Part shown: positions 14,999 to 21,703 of the stretch, piece by piece
Numbering within the stretch: position 1 is the stretch's first letter
Layout: each line of letters begins with the position of its first letter
Origin: an uncultured archaeon
GTDB taxonomy: Archaea > Thermoproteota > Bathyarchaeia > TCS64
NCBI GenBank assembly: GCA_965368285.1
Contig: CBDUMJ010000001.1
Location: forward strand, 1 to 29,892
Direction of reading: 5' to 3'
DNA length: 29,892 bases
Position numbers and translations under genes: made by a program
The notes under the pieces: model-generated
Database searches by the model: none
The model's input: only the letters and a program-made list of their open reading frames with translations
What the model was told of the DNA's origin: nothing

Positions 14999-15343
14999 GT
15001 GGACTACAGGGACATCATCAACCAGTTCATGCAGGAAGTGAGAGCGGAACCTGGGTTACTAGAGAAGCTGAAAGGGAAACCAGTCTGTGTTTGGACTAGA
15101 GTGATTTGTGACTACGCTGAACTGAAAGAGTTGACAAAGACACCTAGAGTGAAGTTATACCGTCAAGTTTATAGTTGGCTACGACACCGGATCACCTATG
15201 AACCGAAACCGAAAGAGGACAAAGAACAGCCGTGGGGCAAGTTGGACCCACGAAAGAGAGCGTATCAGATTACGGAAGCGCGGTACACCCGAATTGAAGT
15301 AGAAGCGGTTAATAAAGCACTATTTCAACGTCAGGATGAGTAA
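14999..15343 (+). CDS. Hypothetical protein
   Basis: Likely GTG start 9 nt after SD (track GTG 14987 is inside the SD). Confidence 0.75.
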   Translation: MDYRDIINQFMQEVRAEPGLLEKLKGKPVCVWTRVICDYAELKELTKTPRVKLYRQVYSWLRHRITYEPKPKEDKEQPWGKLDPRKRAYQITEARYTRIEVEAVNKALFQRQDE

Positions 15344-15365
15344 GTGGTTGGCACGAAATTTCTGG

Positions 15366-15394
15366 TTGATGTGAAAATGCACCTGTAATAAAAT
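15366..15394 (+). promoter_or_regulatory. Possible sigma70-type promoter
   Basis: TTGATG-N17-TAAAAT; overlaps the 20-bp repeat, so either reading could be incidental. Confidence 0.35.
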
Positions 15395-15406
15395 CAAGGG
15401 GTTGAG
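15387..15406 (+). repeat. 20-bp element AATAAAATCAAGGGGTTGAG, partner of 11103-11122 (opposite strand)
   Basis: 19/20 identity. Confidence 0.75.
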
Positions 15407-15413
15407 CTCGGGG

Positions 15414-15518
15414 TGCTCACTTAGGCTGAGCAACTTTTGAGTAGAAACAGTTAAGCACTGGAACTCTACTTTGACAAAACCCTGCCTTAGGTCTCGCTTT
15501 GGTGAGGCCAGGCAGGGT
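15414..15518 (+). ncRNA. Candidate small RNA of three consecutive hairpins
   Basis: TGCTCA/TGAGCA (15414-15432); AGTAGA/TCTACT with inner CAGT/ACTG (15440-15470); ACCCTGCCT/AGGCAGGGT with inner GGTCTC/GAGGCC (15479-15518); ORF-free gap. Confidence 0.4.
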
Positions 15519-15552
15519 AATGAAAGGAAAAGCTGGTTTGTTTGTGAAGGTT

Positions 15553-15591
15553 TAATTTTATTTTATATAAATTTTTATTTTTTAAAACGTT
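15553..15591 (+). promoter_or_regulatory. 39-bp AT-rich element, copy A (candidate promoter)
   Basis: 38/39 identical to 16088-16126; contains TTTATATA; immediately 5' of an SD. Confidence 0.7.
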
Positions 15592-15605
15592 AGGAGGTGT
15601 CGTTT

Positions 15606-15878
15606 GTGACAGATGGGTACAAACTAAGGGAGATAAAGACAGTTGATGATCTGGGTGAAACTGGAAACATTTGGTGGTTGGAGCTGTATGAGTTCGAGGA
15701 CCTCAAAGGCAAGTATGTGATTGATGATCGTCAGGCAACTACCTATGACCCAGAAGGATCCAAGATGGTTGAAGTGGTTCTGAGTGTCAACAATGTGATT
15801 TATGATGTAGAAGCAGAAGTGGACATAGTAGGCAACGAGTTGTACATTGCAGAGGAAGAGATCGACCGGATAATCTAG
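15606..15878 (+). CDS. Acidic hypothetical protein
   Basis: GTG after AGGAGGTG SD (track start is inside the SD). Confidence 0.75.
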   Translation: MTDGYKLREIKTVDDLGETGNIWWLELYEFEDLKGKYVIDDRQATTYDPEGSKMVEVVLSVNNVIYDVEAEVDIVGNELYIAEEEIDRII

Positions 15879-15903
15879 TCAAACTAAGAGGAGGTGAAGA
15901 AGA

Positions 15904-16080
15904 GTGCATATAGAGGAAGAAGAGATGGAAGAGGTATATCAGGCATTAGAGAAGCTACTGTGTAAAAAGTTGGAAGAGCTTGGGCATGATAAGATGTCAG
16001 AGTGTGTAGAAGAACTGGATAAGGAGTTAGCTTATTGGATTAACAAGTACTTGGACGGTTGGGGTTCTTACTACCTGTAG
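15904..16080 (+). CDS. Small acidic helical protein (58 aa, below the track cutoff)
   Basis: AGGAGGTGA SD; MHIEEEEMEEVYQALEKLLCKKLEELGHDKMSECVEELDKELAYWINKYLDGWGSYYL. Confidence 0.7.
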   Translation: MHIEEEEMEEVYQALEKLLCKKLEELGHDKMSECVEELDKELAYWINKYLDGWGSYYL

Positions 16081-16087
16081 TCAGGCA

Positions 16088-16126
16088 TAATTTTATTTTA
16101 TATAAAATTTTATTTTTTAAAACGTT
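16088..16126 (+). promoter_or_regulatory. 39-bp AT-rich element, copy B
   Basis: 38/39 identical to copy A; directly precedes leader copy 8. Confidence 0.7.
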
Positions 16127-16131
16127 TGGAA

Positions 16132-16174
16132 CAGCTTGGACCTTTAGTCCAAATCCAGGCTGTGAAAGGAGGTG
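16132..16174 (+). promoter_or_regulatory. Structured leader element copy 8 + SD
   Basis: CAGCT-TGGAC(CTTTA)GTCCA-AATCCA-GGCTG-TGAAAGGAGGTG. Confidence 0.8.
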
Positions 16175-16180
16175 AAAAGA

Positions 16181-16516
16181 ATGGCGGAGGCAAAGAAAAC
16201 TGGCATTATGACCGTAAAAGAATCTGAGAAGGAAGCTACTGTGGATCTGAAATCTCTCGTGGACGCAGCATTAGAGAAGAAGAACGGTCAGTCTCAGTTG
16301 GGCCACACCACCTACATGCGCGATTTGGCAGCAAGGATCATAAAGGATAAAGGTCCTGAGGTCTTCAAGAAGTTAGGTCCAACTGGATTCCGGAAAGTAT
16401 GTATCCTCATGTTCAAGAACGAGAAGCCTGAGTTGTGGAAGAGAGTGCAAGAGAAAGTGAAGATGTCAACCTTGAAGGCAGAGATGCAGAAGGCTTACTA
16501 CGATGCACAAGAGTAG
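16181..16516 (+). CDS. Hypothetical protein, paralog of 11570-11869
   Basis: LKSLVDAAL...GHTTYMRDL...LGPTGFR aligns with the 11570 product. Confidence 0.85.
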   Translation: MAEAKKTGIMTVKESEKEATVDLKSLVDAALEKKNGQSQLGHTTYMRDLAARIIKDKGPEVFKKLGPTGFRKVCILMFKNEKPELWKRVQEKVKMSTLKAEMQKAYYDAQE

Positions 16517-16525
16517 TAGGCCTTT

Positions 16526-16565
16526 TACCGCTGTGCCACCGTGGCGGTATATAAAACAACGGTGG
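16526..16565 (+). ncRNA. Predicted H-type RNA pseudoknot 2 (3' of the 16181 gene)
   Basis: S1 TACCGCT/GGCGGTA, L1 GTG, S2 CCACCGT/ACGGTGG, L2 0 nt, L3 TATAAAACA. Confidence 0.7.
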
Positions 16566-16620
16566 GCTAAAGTTCGTGCATCGAACTATAATATTAGGAA
16601 AAAGCTGGGAGGTTTAATCG

Positions 16621-17487
16621 ATGCATGAACTCAAACTAATATCAAAGGCCGGTAGAGAGCGTTATTATGCTTTTAAGCCGCTGCAAAAGGTATTGCCTAA
16701 GTTATCAGAAGCTGATTATGAAGATCTTAAGGAGGCCATTGGAAAGAACGGACTCACGGAGTCTATCAAAGTCGTGAAGCTGGACAGGAACCGGTATGTC
16801 ATCTTAGACGGAGTGCATAGATTCAAAGCCGTTGAGGAGCTTGGTTGGCTCAACACAGCAAGATCCAAAGTCAAGGTGGAGTTTGTCGAAGCCAAAAAGG
16901 AAGACTGGTTCCGAATTGGGCTTATGATGAACTTAAACGCAAAGAGAGGTAGGCAGATAAAGAAGAGGGATTTGGTCAAAGCACTCTACAAAAAGTATAA
17001 AGAGAGAGTGAAGGAGCCACGTGTTGAAGAGTTTAGGAAGGAGCTGGAGTCATATGGGTTGCATCTGGCGTTAGAGACTGTGAAATCGTATGTACATAGT
17101 GCATTTAAGCCAGAGCATCACGGTCAGAGATCAAAGCAGCTGCAGGCCCCCAGGGGCCTGCATCCCAAACCAAGGTCAGAAACTAGAGACTCTGCAGGCC
17201 CCCAGGGGCCTGCTGTAGAACAAGAAACGCACGATATTAGTACAGATCCAAGCCCTGATGCTGACGTGGGGTCTGAAAGTGCACAAATATCAACAGATGC
17301 AAGACTGAGCAATTCCACGATCCTACTCAACATGAACAGTGTTGCAAACCAACTCGACACAAACGTTGAAGAGCTCATCAAGTGTCTTTTCGAGCTGGCA
17401 CCGGACCTTCAGAAAGCTGCAAAGCGGTTCAATGAAACTCCATTGGACATGTTACGCAAGTGTGTTGAAGCATTGAAAAAGATATAG
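16621..17487 (+). CDS. ParB/Sulfiredoxin N-terminal domain protein
   Basis: LPKLSEADYEDLKEAIGKNGL...IKVV...YVILDGVHRFKAVEELG; low-complexity linker; helical C-terminus. Confidence 0.85.
   Translation: MHELKLISKAGRERYYAFKPLQKVLPKLSEADYEDLKEAIGKNGLTESIKVVKLDRNRYVILDGVHRFKAVEELGWLNTARSKVKVEFVEAKKEDWFRIGLMMNLNAKRGRQIKKRDLVKALYKKYKERVKEPRVEEFRKELESYGLHLALETVKSYVHSAFKPEHHGQRSKQLQAPRGLHPKPRSETRDSAGPQGPAVEQETHDISTDPSPDADVGSESAQISTDARLSNSTILLNMNSVANQLDTNVEELIKCLFELAPDLQKAAKRFNETPLDMLRKCVEALKKI
17140..17213. repeat. Two identical 22-bp palindromes inside the ParB-like gene (candidate parS-like sites)
   Basis: CTGCAGGCCCCCAGGGGCCTGC at 17140-17161 and 17192-17213, read in different frames; 9-bp arms, 2-nt spacer. 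Confidence 0.85.
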
Positions 17488-17501
17488 GGAAGGAGGAACG
17501 A

Positions 17502-17816
17502 ATGAGTGAGGAGCACGTTTATGTGATCGCGACGTTGAAGGACTTGAGGCCACATTGGAGCGAGATTGCTGAAACAATCATGAACCAGACGCACTTTAAG
17601 GACATCAAAGTAAAAGGCCTCAAGTTGGTAGAAGGACCGGGATGTCTCAACCTTGGTCTCTCACTTGAAGGGCCGAAGAAGGAAGCAGAGCTGCTTGTCA
17701 AGAACCTGACTCTGAGCCTGATGCCTGCACGCTATTCGCAGGCAGGAGATAAACCGTGGACAGGAGTCTTCAAGCAAATCACGCGGGTCAAACCTGATGA
17801 GGTGTCACGTGGCTGA
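17502..17816 (+). CDS. Hypothetical protein
   Basis: ORF with AGGAGG SD. Confidence 0.75.
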   Translation: MSEEHVYVIATLKDLRPHWSEIAETIMNQTHFKDIKVKGLKLVEGPGCLNLGLSLEGPKKEAELLVKNLTLSLMPARYSQAGDKPWTGVFKQITRVKPDEVSRG

Positions 17817-17820
17817 ACAA

Positions 17821-17870
17821 CGGGCCCCCTGGTTTTTGCCCCGGGGGTGGGGTCAGAAACGCCCGGGCCC
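17821..17870 (+). other. Very GC-rich multi-stem hairpin after a stop codon
   Basis: GGGCCC/GGGCCC outer arms, GTTTTTG/CAGAAAC, CCCC/GGGG; several alternative folds. Confidence 0.5.
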
Positions 17871-17880
17871 TTAGTAACAC

Positions 17881-17966
17881 ATAGTTAAAAGCGATGTATA
17901 GTAACGTATAGTTAAAAGTAAGGGTTAAAAGCGACGCCATAGTCAAAAGTAAGGGTTAAAAGCGAC
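17881..17966. repeat. Direct repeats upstream of the 18006 gene
   Basis: 28-mer ATAGTYAAAAGTAAGGGTTAAAAGCGAC at 17908 and 17939 (27/28); GTTAAAAGCGA three times. Confidence 0.85.
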
Positions 17967-18005
17967 ACACAGCTAAGAAAGCAGGGTTACGTAAAGGAGA
18001 CAGTA

Positions 18006-18347
18006 ATGAAGTATTTGCTTAAGCTTAGGGTCAGAAAGAATGCCCTCTCTGACGAAATAACTAGAGGGCTGAAGTCTGTATATAACGTCGACGCGGCGGT
18101 AACACCAGCAGAGGGTGAGTTACAGGTACCAGGGCTGGATGTGATAGTTAAAGCTTTTAACGTAAGAGATAACCGCACTGGTAGTTGTGCTGTGTTTCTA
18201 GCAATTGGGTATGAAGATACTACTTGGGCGAAGTATCGTATATATGGCGATCTCTACACGTACTGCCCTAAGTGTAAGGTCTTAGTCGACGAAGGTGGGA
18301 AATACTGCCGTGTTTGTGGAGCAAAAATTGAATACCAGATCCCTTAG
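18006..18347 (+). CDS. Protein with C-terminal zinc ribbon
   Basis: CPKC...CRVCG; AAGGAG SD. Confidence 0.8.
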   Translation: MKYLLKLRVRKNALSDEITRGLKSVYNVDAAVTPAEGELQVPGLDVIVKAFNVRDNRTGSCAVFLAIGYEDTTWAKYRIYGDLYTYCPKCKVLVDEGGKYCRVCGAKIEYQIP

Positions 18348-18420
18348 GAGGTTTAAGATTGAAAGCAACGCACAGGCGTTAACATATGAAGTTCATTCTG
18401 GGTCAATGATGTAAGAAAAG

Positions 18421-18618
18421 ATGGAGGAAGGAGATAAAAAAGTGATTAGGATTGAGTGCGATAATCCTGACTGCGTCATCTGTCAAGAAGGTGGCGTGGT
18501 TGAGGTAGATGAACATCAGCCGTGGACGGCGTGGACGTGCCCGTGTTGTTCAGTAGTGGTTGTGGACCAAAAGGAAGAAGGGTCGTGCAAAGGTGAAATA
18601 TATAAAAACGAGGGGTAA
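18421..18618 (+). CDS. Small Cys-rich (zinc-binding) protein
   Basis: CDNPDCVIC...CPCC. Confidence 0.65.
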   Translation: MEEGDKKVIRIECDNPDCVICQEGGVVEVDEHQPWTAWTCPCCSVVVVDQKEEGSCKGEIYKNEG

Positions 18619-18620
18619 AG

Positions 18621-18821
18621 ATGAGTGAGAAATACTTCATACTTGAGAAAGACGACGTCCAAATCCATTTGTTTGCTGACACGGATTTGGACGATGTGAT
18701 ACTGAACCGGCAGGAGTTGTATAAGGTTTTTGAAGAGGCTGGCTTTAGGGTTAGAGAAGTCCCAGCTACGCCTCCTTATGAAAGCTACGTTGAGACACGA
18801 ACTAATGGAGGTAGTAAGTGA
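18621..18821 (+). CDS. Hypothetical protein
   Basis: Tightly packed ORF, GAGGGG SD. Confidence 0.7.
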   Translation: MSEKYFILEKDDVQIHLFADTDLDDVILNRQELYKVFEEAGFRVREVPATPPYESYVETRTNGGSK

Positions 18822-19048
18822 ACGCTCAAATAAAAAACAAAGTAGTAGAAGAAGTATTGCGGTTCTCCACTGATCTGAATTCAGCTAGGTATAAAGTCAG
18901 AAAGGAGAGCTTCCGGGAAGGGAGAGTGGATTTGGTCTGTCAGTTCTACATGAAGGATCTAATGGACACGTTGGAAACTAAAGAGGATGAGGTGATCAGG
19001 AATTTCATTTATAGGTTGTACCAAATTTTGGATGAAGTTGACACGTGA
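18818..19048 (+). CDS. Hypothetical protein
   Basis: GTGA overlap with the upstream gene, GGAGG SD. Confidence 0.7.
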   Translation: MNAQIKNKVVEEVLRFSTDLNSARYKVRKESFREGRVDLVCQFYMKDLMDTLETKEDEVIRNFIYRLYQILDEVDT

Positions 19049-19093
19049 ACTCAGTGGGGCTATGCTTTTAGGTTTAAAATATGGGGGGCAGGA

Positions 19094-19702
19094 ATGAAAG
19101 AACTCCTTAAGGAAATCCGAAAGTTGAAGTATAACAAGATTGTGTGTGTGGGGTCAAACAAGGTCTCCACACTACACTTGAAGTGCATGGATCATGACTT
19201 TCTGTTTAGGAGCGTGAACGGGAGAAGAAAGATGCCGAAGTCTATTGGAGCAGCACTGGTATATTTAATAAAGAACGGTTACGTTCAACTCAAACCGACA
19301 CACGCGGGGTATGAATTTGCGAGTCGTGCGCTAGGAGCATATGAACTAGAAGAAATGAGGAAACGTGAGATAGCTAAGGAACGGAGGCGTATACGATCGA
19401 TTGTGCTGAGAGGTAAGTTCAAGTTGGATGAGATTGCTAACCGTAAGTATAACGCTACCATTTTTGGTCACTACGACGAAGGTGTAATGGTTACGGCGTT
19501 TGAATACGGGCGTTATGTGAAGTTGCGGAAGGGAGATATAATGACGTTTGTAGGATCAGGGAAGCTCTACAATAAGCTGCTAAACGACATTACTACTGCT
19601 CTCAGGTCACCCAAAGGAAGGTTGTGGTTGGTTAAAGCTGGGGTTGGACATTTAGAACGTTACCTCAGACCAAAGGATACGTTAAAGGGCGGCGGCTCCT
19701 AA
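19094..19702 (+). CDS. Paralog family B member 1 (winged-helix-like N-terminal part)
   Basis: Aligns end to end with 22066-22665 (LKCM..DF, LIK.GY...PT.AG.EFA, GHY, KL.KG, SP.G..WL.K). Confidence 0.85.
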   Translation: MKELLKEIRKLKYNKIVCVGSNKVSTLHLKCMDHDFLFRSVNGRRKMPKSIGAALVYLIKNGYVQLKPTHAGYEFASRALGAYELEEMRKREIAKERRRIRSIVLRGKFKLDEIANRKYNATIFGHYDEGVMVTAFEYGRYVKLRKGDIMTFVGSGKLYNKLLNDITTALRSPKGRLWLVKAGVGHLERYLRPKDTLKGGGS

Positions 19703-19780
19703 AAATAAGCGAGTTGTTCAAGTTAAAGAAGAAAATTGAAATAACTCCATCCTATTATTTCCAGATGTAGGTGGTAGCTG

Positions 19781-20092
19781 ATGGGGAAAGGTTGGAAAAG
19801 GTTAGAAAGCTTCATATGTAACCTAGACAAGGATAGCCGCTTTTATACGTTAGTCAGGTATGATGAAATCGACGCAATATATGAAGAACTGAAGAAGGAG
19901 TCTATAAAAGATTCACATATGATGAGGCTGGTTAAGAGACTAAGAGATAAGTGGGTAAAGGACAGAGATGGCTTAACAAAACTGTATGACGAGGTTACCG
20001 AGAGGGACGAATTTCCGGATGATTACTTACCAGAAGGGATTTGTAGTGCTATTCAAGATTTATATGATTACTATGAGGAGAAGTATGGGTAG
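19781..20092 (+). CDS. Hypothetical helical protein
   Basis: 103-aa ORF, AGGTGG SD. Confidence 0.7.
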   Translation: MGKGWKRLESFICNLDKDSRFYTLVRYDEIDAIYEELKKESIKDSHMMRLVKRLRDKWVKDRDGLTKLYDEVTERDEFPDDYLPEGICSAIQDLYDYYEEKYG

Positions 20093-20116
20093 GAGCGCAT
20101 GAAGTGCGTGTGGACT

Positions 20117-20154
20117 AAATTTTTTAATTTAAAAAAATTTAATTTTAAAATGTT
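20117..20154 (+). promoter_or_regulatory. AT-rich element, diverged third copy
   Basis: Ends TTTTAAAATGTT-AGGAGGTG like copy A (TTTTAAAACGTT-AGGAGGTG); dyad AAATTTTTT/AAAAAATTT. Confidence 0.5.
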
Positions 20155-20169
20155 AGGAGGTGAGAGGAA

Positions 20170-20367
20170 ATGCCAGCGTTCACTATTTGGGACAAAGAGG
20201 ATATAGATCATGACGAGGATTTGAGGACGGATTTTAAGGGCGCTGAGTTTGTAGTCCAGTTCCCAGCTCATTTGAGAGTAGCTCCATGCGGATGCTGGGT
20301 GTGTGAGGTAGTAACCCCGTTTGGTAATGTTACTCTAGCTGCATACAAATGTGGACAACATATGTAG
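20170..20367 (+). CDS. Hypothetical protein
   Basis: AGGAGGTGA SD. Confidence 0.7.
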   Translation: MPAFTIWDKEDIDHDEDLRTDFKGAEFVVQFPAHLRVAPCGCWVCEVVTPFGNVTLAAYKCGQHM

Positions 20368-20393
20368 AATCGCTTAAGTGTGGAGGCAGGATA

Positions 20394-20828
20394 ATGTCAG
20401 AAGAAGCTCCTGGCATAGTTACTATAGGCGATGCTCGAGATATACAACGACTGTGGGAGTTAGGTCACCACGATCCTAACTACATCGCTGAGGCGCTTGG
20501 ATTGACCTACTATGAAGTCCTACATGTCCTCAGAGAGGCTGAAAGGCTTGATCACGATGCTTTTCGTCGTTTCGATCCGGTTGAGAAGATAACAGACATA
20601 CATATAGCGCATATGTGGGAGGATGACCATTTACCGTGCGTAGCGCTCTTCTTCAAAGATGAGAAGGGCAGGTTACGTTTTGCTGAGATTCTCTATGATG
20701 AGATTGGACCAGGTATGGCTAAATACGCGCCTCATTGCCAAAAAGCTCACGACGATTTGGTTGAAGCTATAAACAACTACTATCAAATGAAGAGAGAAAC
20801 CGACCAAGGAGGTGAACAAGATGGGTAG
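20394..20828 (+). CDS. Paralog family C member 1
   Basis: ITDIHIAHMWEDDHLPCVALFFKDEKGRLRFAEILY shared with 26028-26702; likely ATG 20394 after GGAGG. Confidence 0.85.
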   Translation: MSEEAPGIVTIGDARDIQRLWELGHHDPNYIAEALGLTYYEVLHVLREAERLDHDAFRRFDPVEKITDIHIAHMWEDDHLPCVALFFKDEKGRLRFAEILYDEIGPGMAKYAPHCQKAHDDLVEAINNYYQMKRETDQGGEQDG

Positions 20829-20994
20829 AAAAGACTTTGTAGAAGTAAAAGCGGTGTATGAGAGGGACACAAAAAGATACCACCGGTTCAATATCGAGTC
20901 TGAAGAGGTAACGGGTGTGGTATATGTAAAAAGGGATGCTGAACTGCCCAGAGAAGTGCGAGTTAAACTTACAGTAGAGGGTGACAAAGAGTAA
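20821..20994 (+). CDS. Small beta-rich phage protein
   Basis: AGGAGGTGA SD before ATG 20821; YERDTKRYHRF...TGVVYV. Confidence 0.7.
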   Translation: MGRKDFVEVKAVYERDTKRYHRFNIESEEVTGVVYVKRDAELPREVRVKLTVEGDKE

Positions 20995-21673
20995 ACACTT
21001 TCTAAGTGTGGAGAGTCTGATCTGGGGGTGCTTCAGTATGTCAAAAGGAATTCGCCGAGGTCTAAAGATGATCGATTATTCATGCGCCGAACTTAGGAAG
21101 GCGGAAGAGAGTCTTTTATCACAGATTCATCCTGCTGTTGTGTTGGAGACAATATTGTTTGTCGCACCTTCGGTTCAGTTTAAAACACGATTGCCTGATG
21201 ATGTGCTAGTTGAGGTGTTTTTTGCTGAGTCTAATAAGGTTAAAGTGAACTTCCCTCGCCTTACAGTCCCAGGTACACCAGTATGTCTAGAAAGACACGA
21301 CATACGATCTGTAACTCTCGTTAAGTTAAAGGACTTGTTGTGTGGTATAACTGCACCTCAACGTCGTTTACTAAAGCTTAATAGCCTGTGGACTGGGTAT
21401 CTAAAGACATGGCGCCAGGCCACACCATATTTGAAACGTGTTAATTTTGAAGTACAACGCGCATACTGGGATTGTCGTAAGAATCCTAGGCTCGCCTCAA
21501 ATCCTCCTTCGTTTGGAATTCAAGGATCACGTATCCTTCTCCCACTTGATGTAGTACAGCAAGCTGAGTTACAGTGGTGTGTGTGCCTTTTCAACGAATG
21601 TTATGGAGGCCACGTCATCCAAAAGTGGGAGGAGTTCTGTGCTCATTATCCTAGTCCATGGTATGAACGTTAA
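20981..21673 (+). CDS. Hypothetical protein (start uncertain)
   Basis: 230-aa ORF on the gene-dense strand. Confidence 0.65.
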   Translation: MTKSKHFLSVESLIWGCFSMSKGIRRGLKMIDYSCAELRKAEESLLSQIHPAVVLETILFVAPSVQFKTRLPDDVLVEVFFAESNKVKVNFPRLTVPGTPVCLERHDIRSVTLVKLKDLLCGITAPQRRLLKLNSLWTGYLKTWRQATPYLKRVNFEVQRAYWDCRKNPRLASNPPSFGIQGSRILLPLDVVQQAELQWCVCLFNECYGGHVIQKWEEFCAHYPSPWYER

Positions 21674-21703
21674 TTTGACTGATGTCATAGGAGGTAGTAC
21701 GGA

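Noticed and set aside
11518-16174. Leader elements as hammerhead ribozymes, K-turns or integron attC sites
   Set aside because: No CUGANGA core, no tandem GA/C-D box pattern, no RYYYAAC...GTTRRRY ends, and no integrase in the window.
11518-16174. Leader elements as intrinsic terminators
   Set aside because: No U-tract follows; they run directly into an SD and carry a sequence-conserved internal loop.
11861-16565. Pseudoknots as -1 frameshift or readthrough stimulators
   Set aside because: No convincing X XXY YYZ slippery site at suitable spacing, spacing from the stop differs (1 vs 9 nt), and the second gene ends in tandem TAG TAG.
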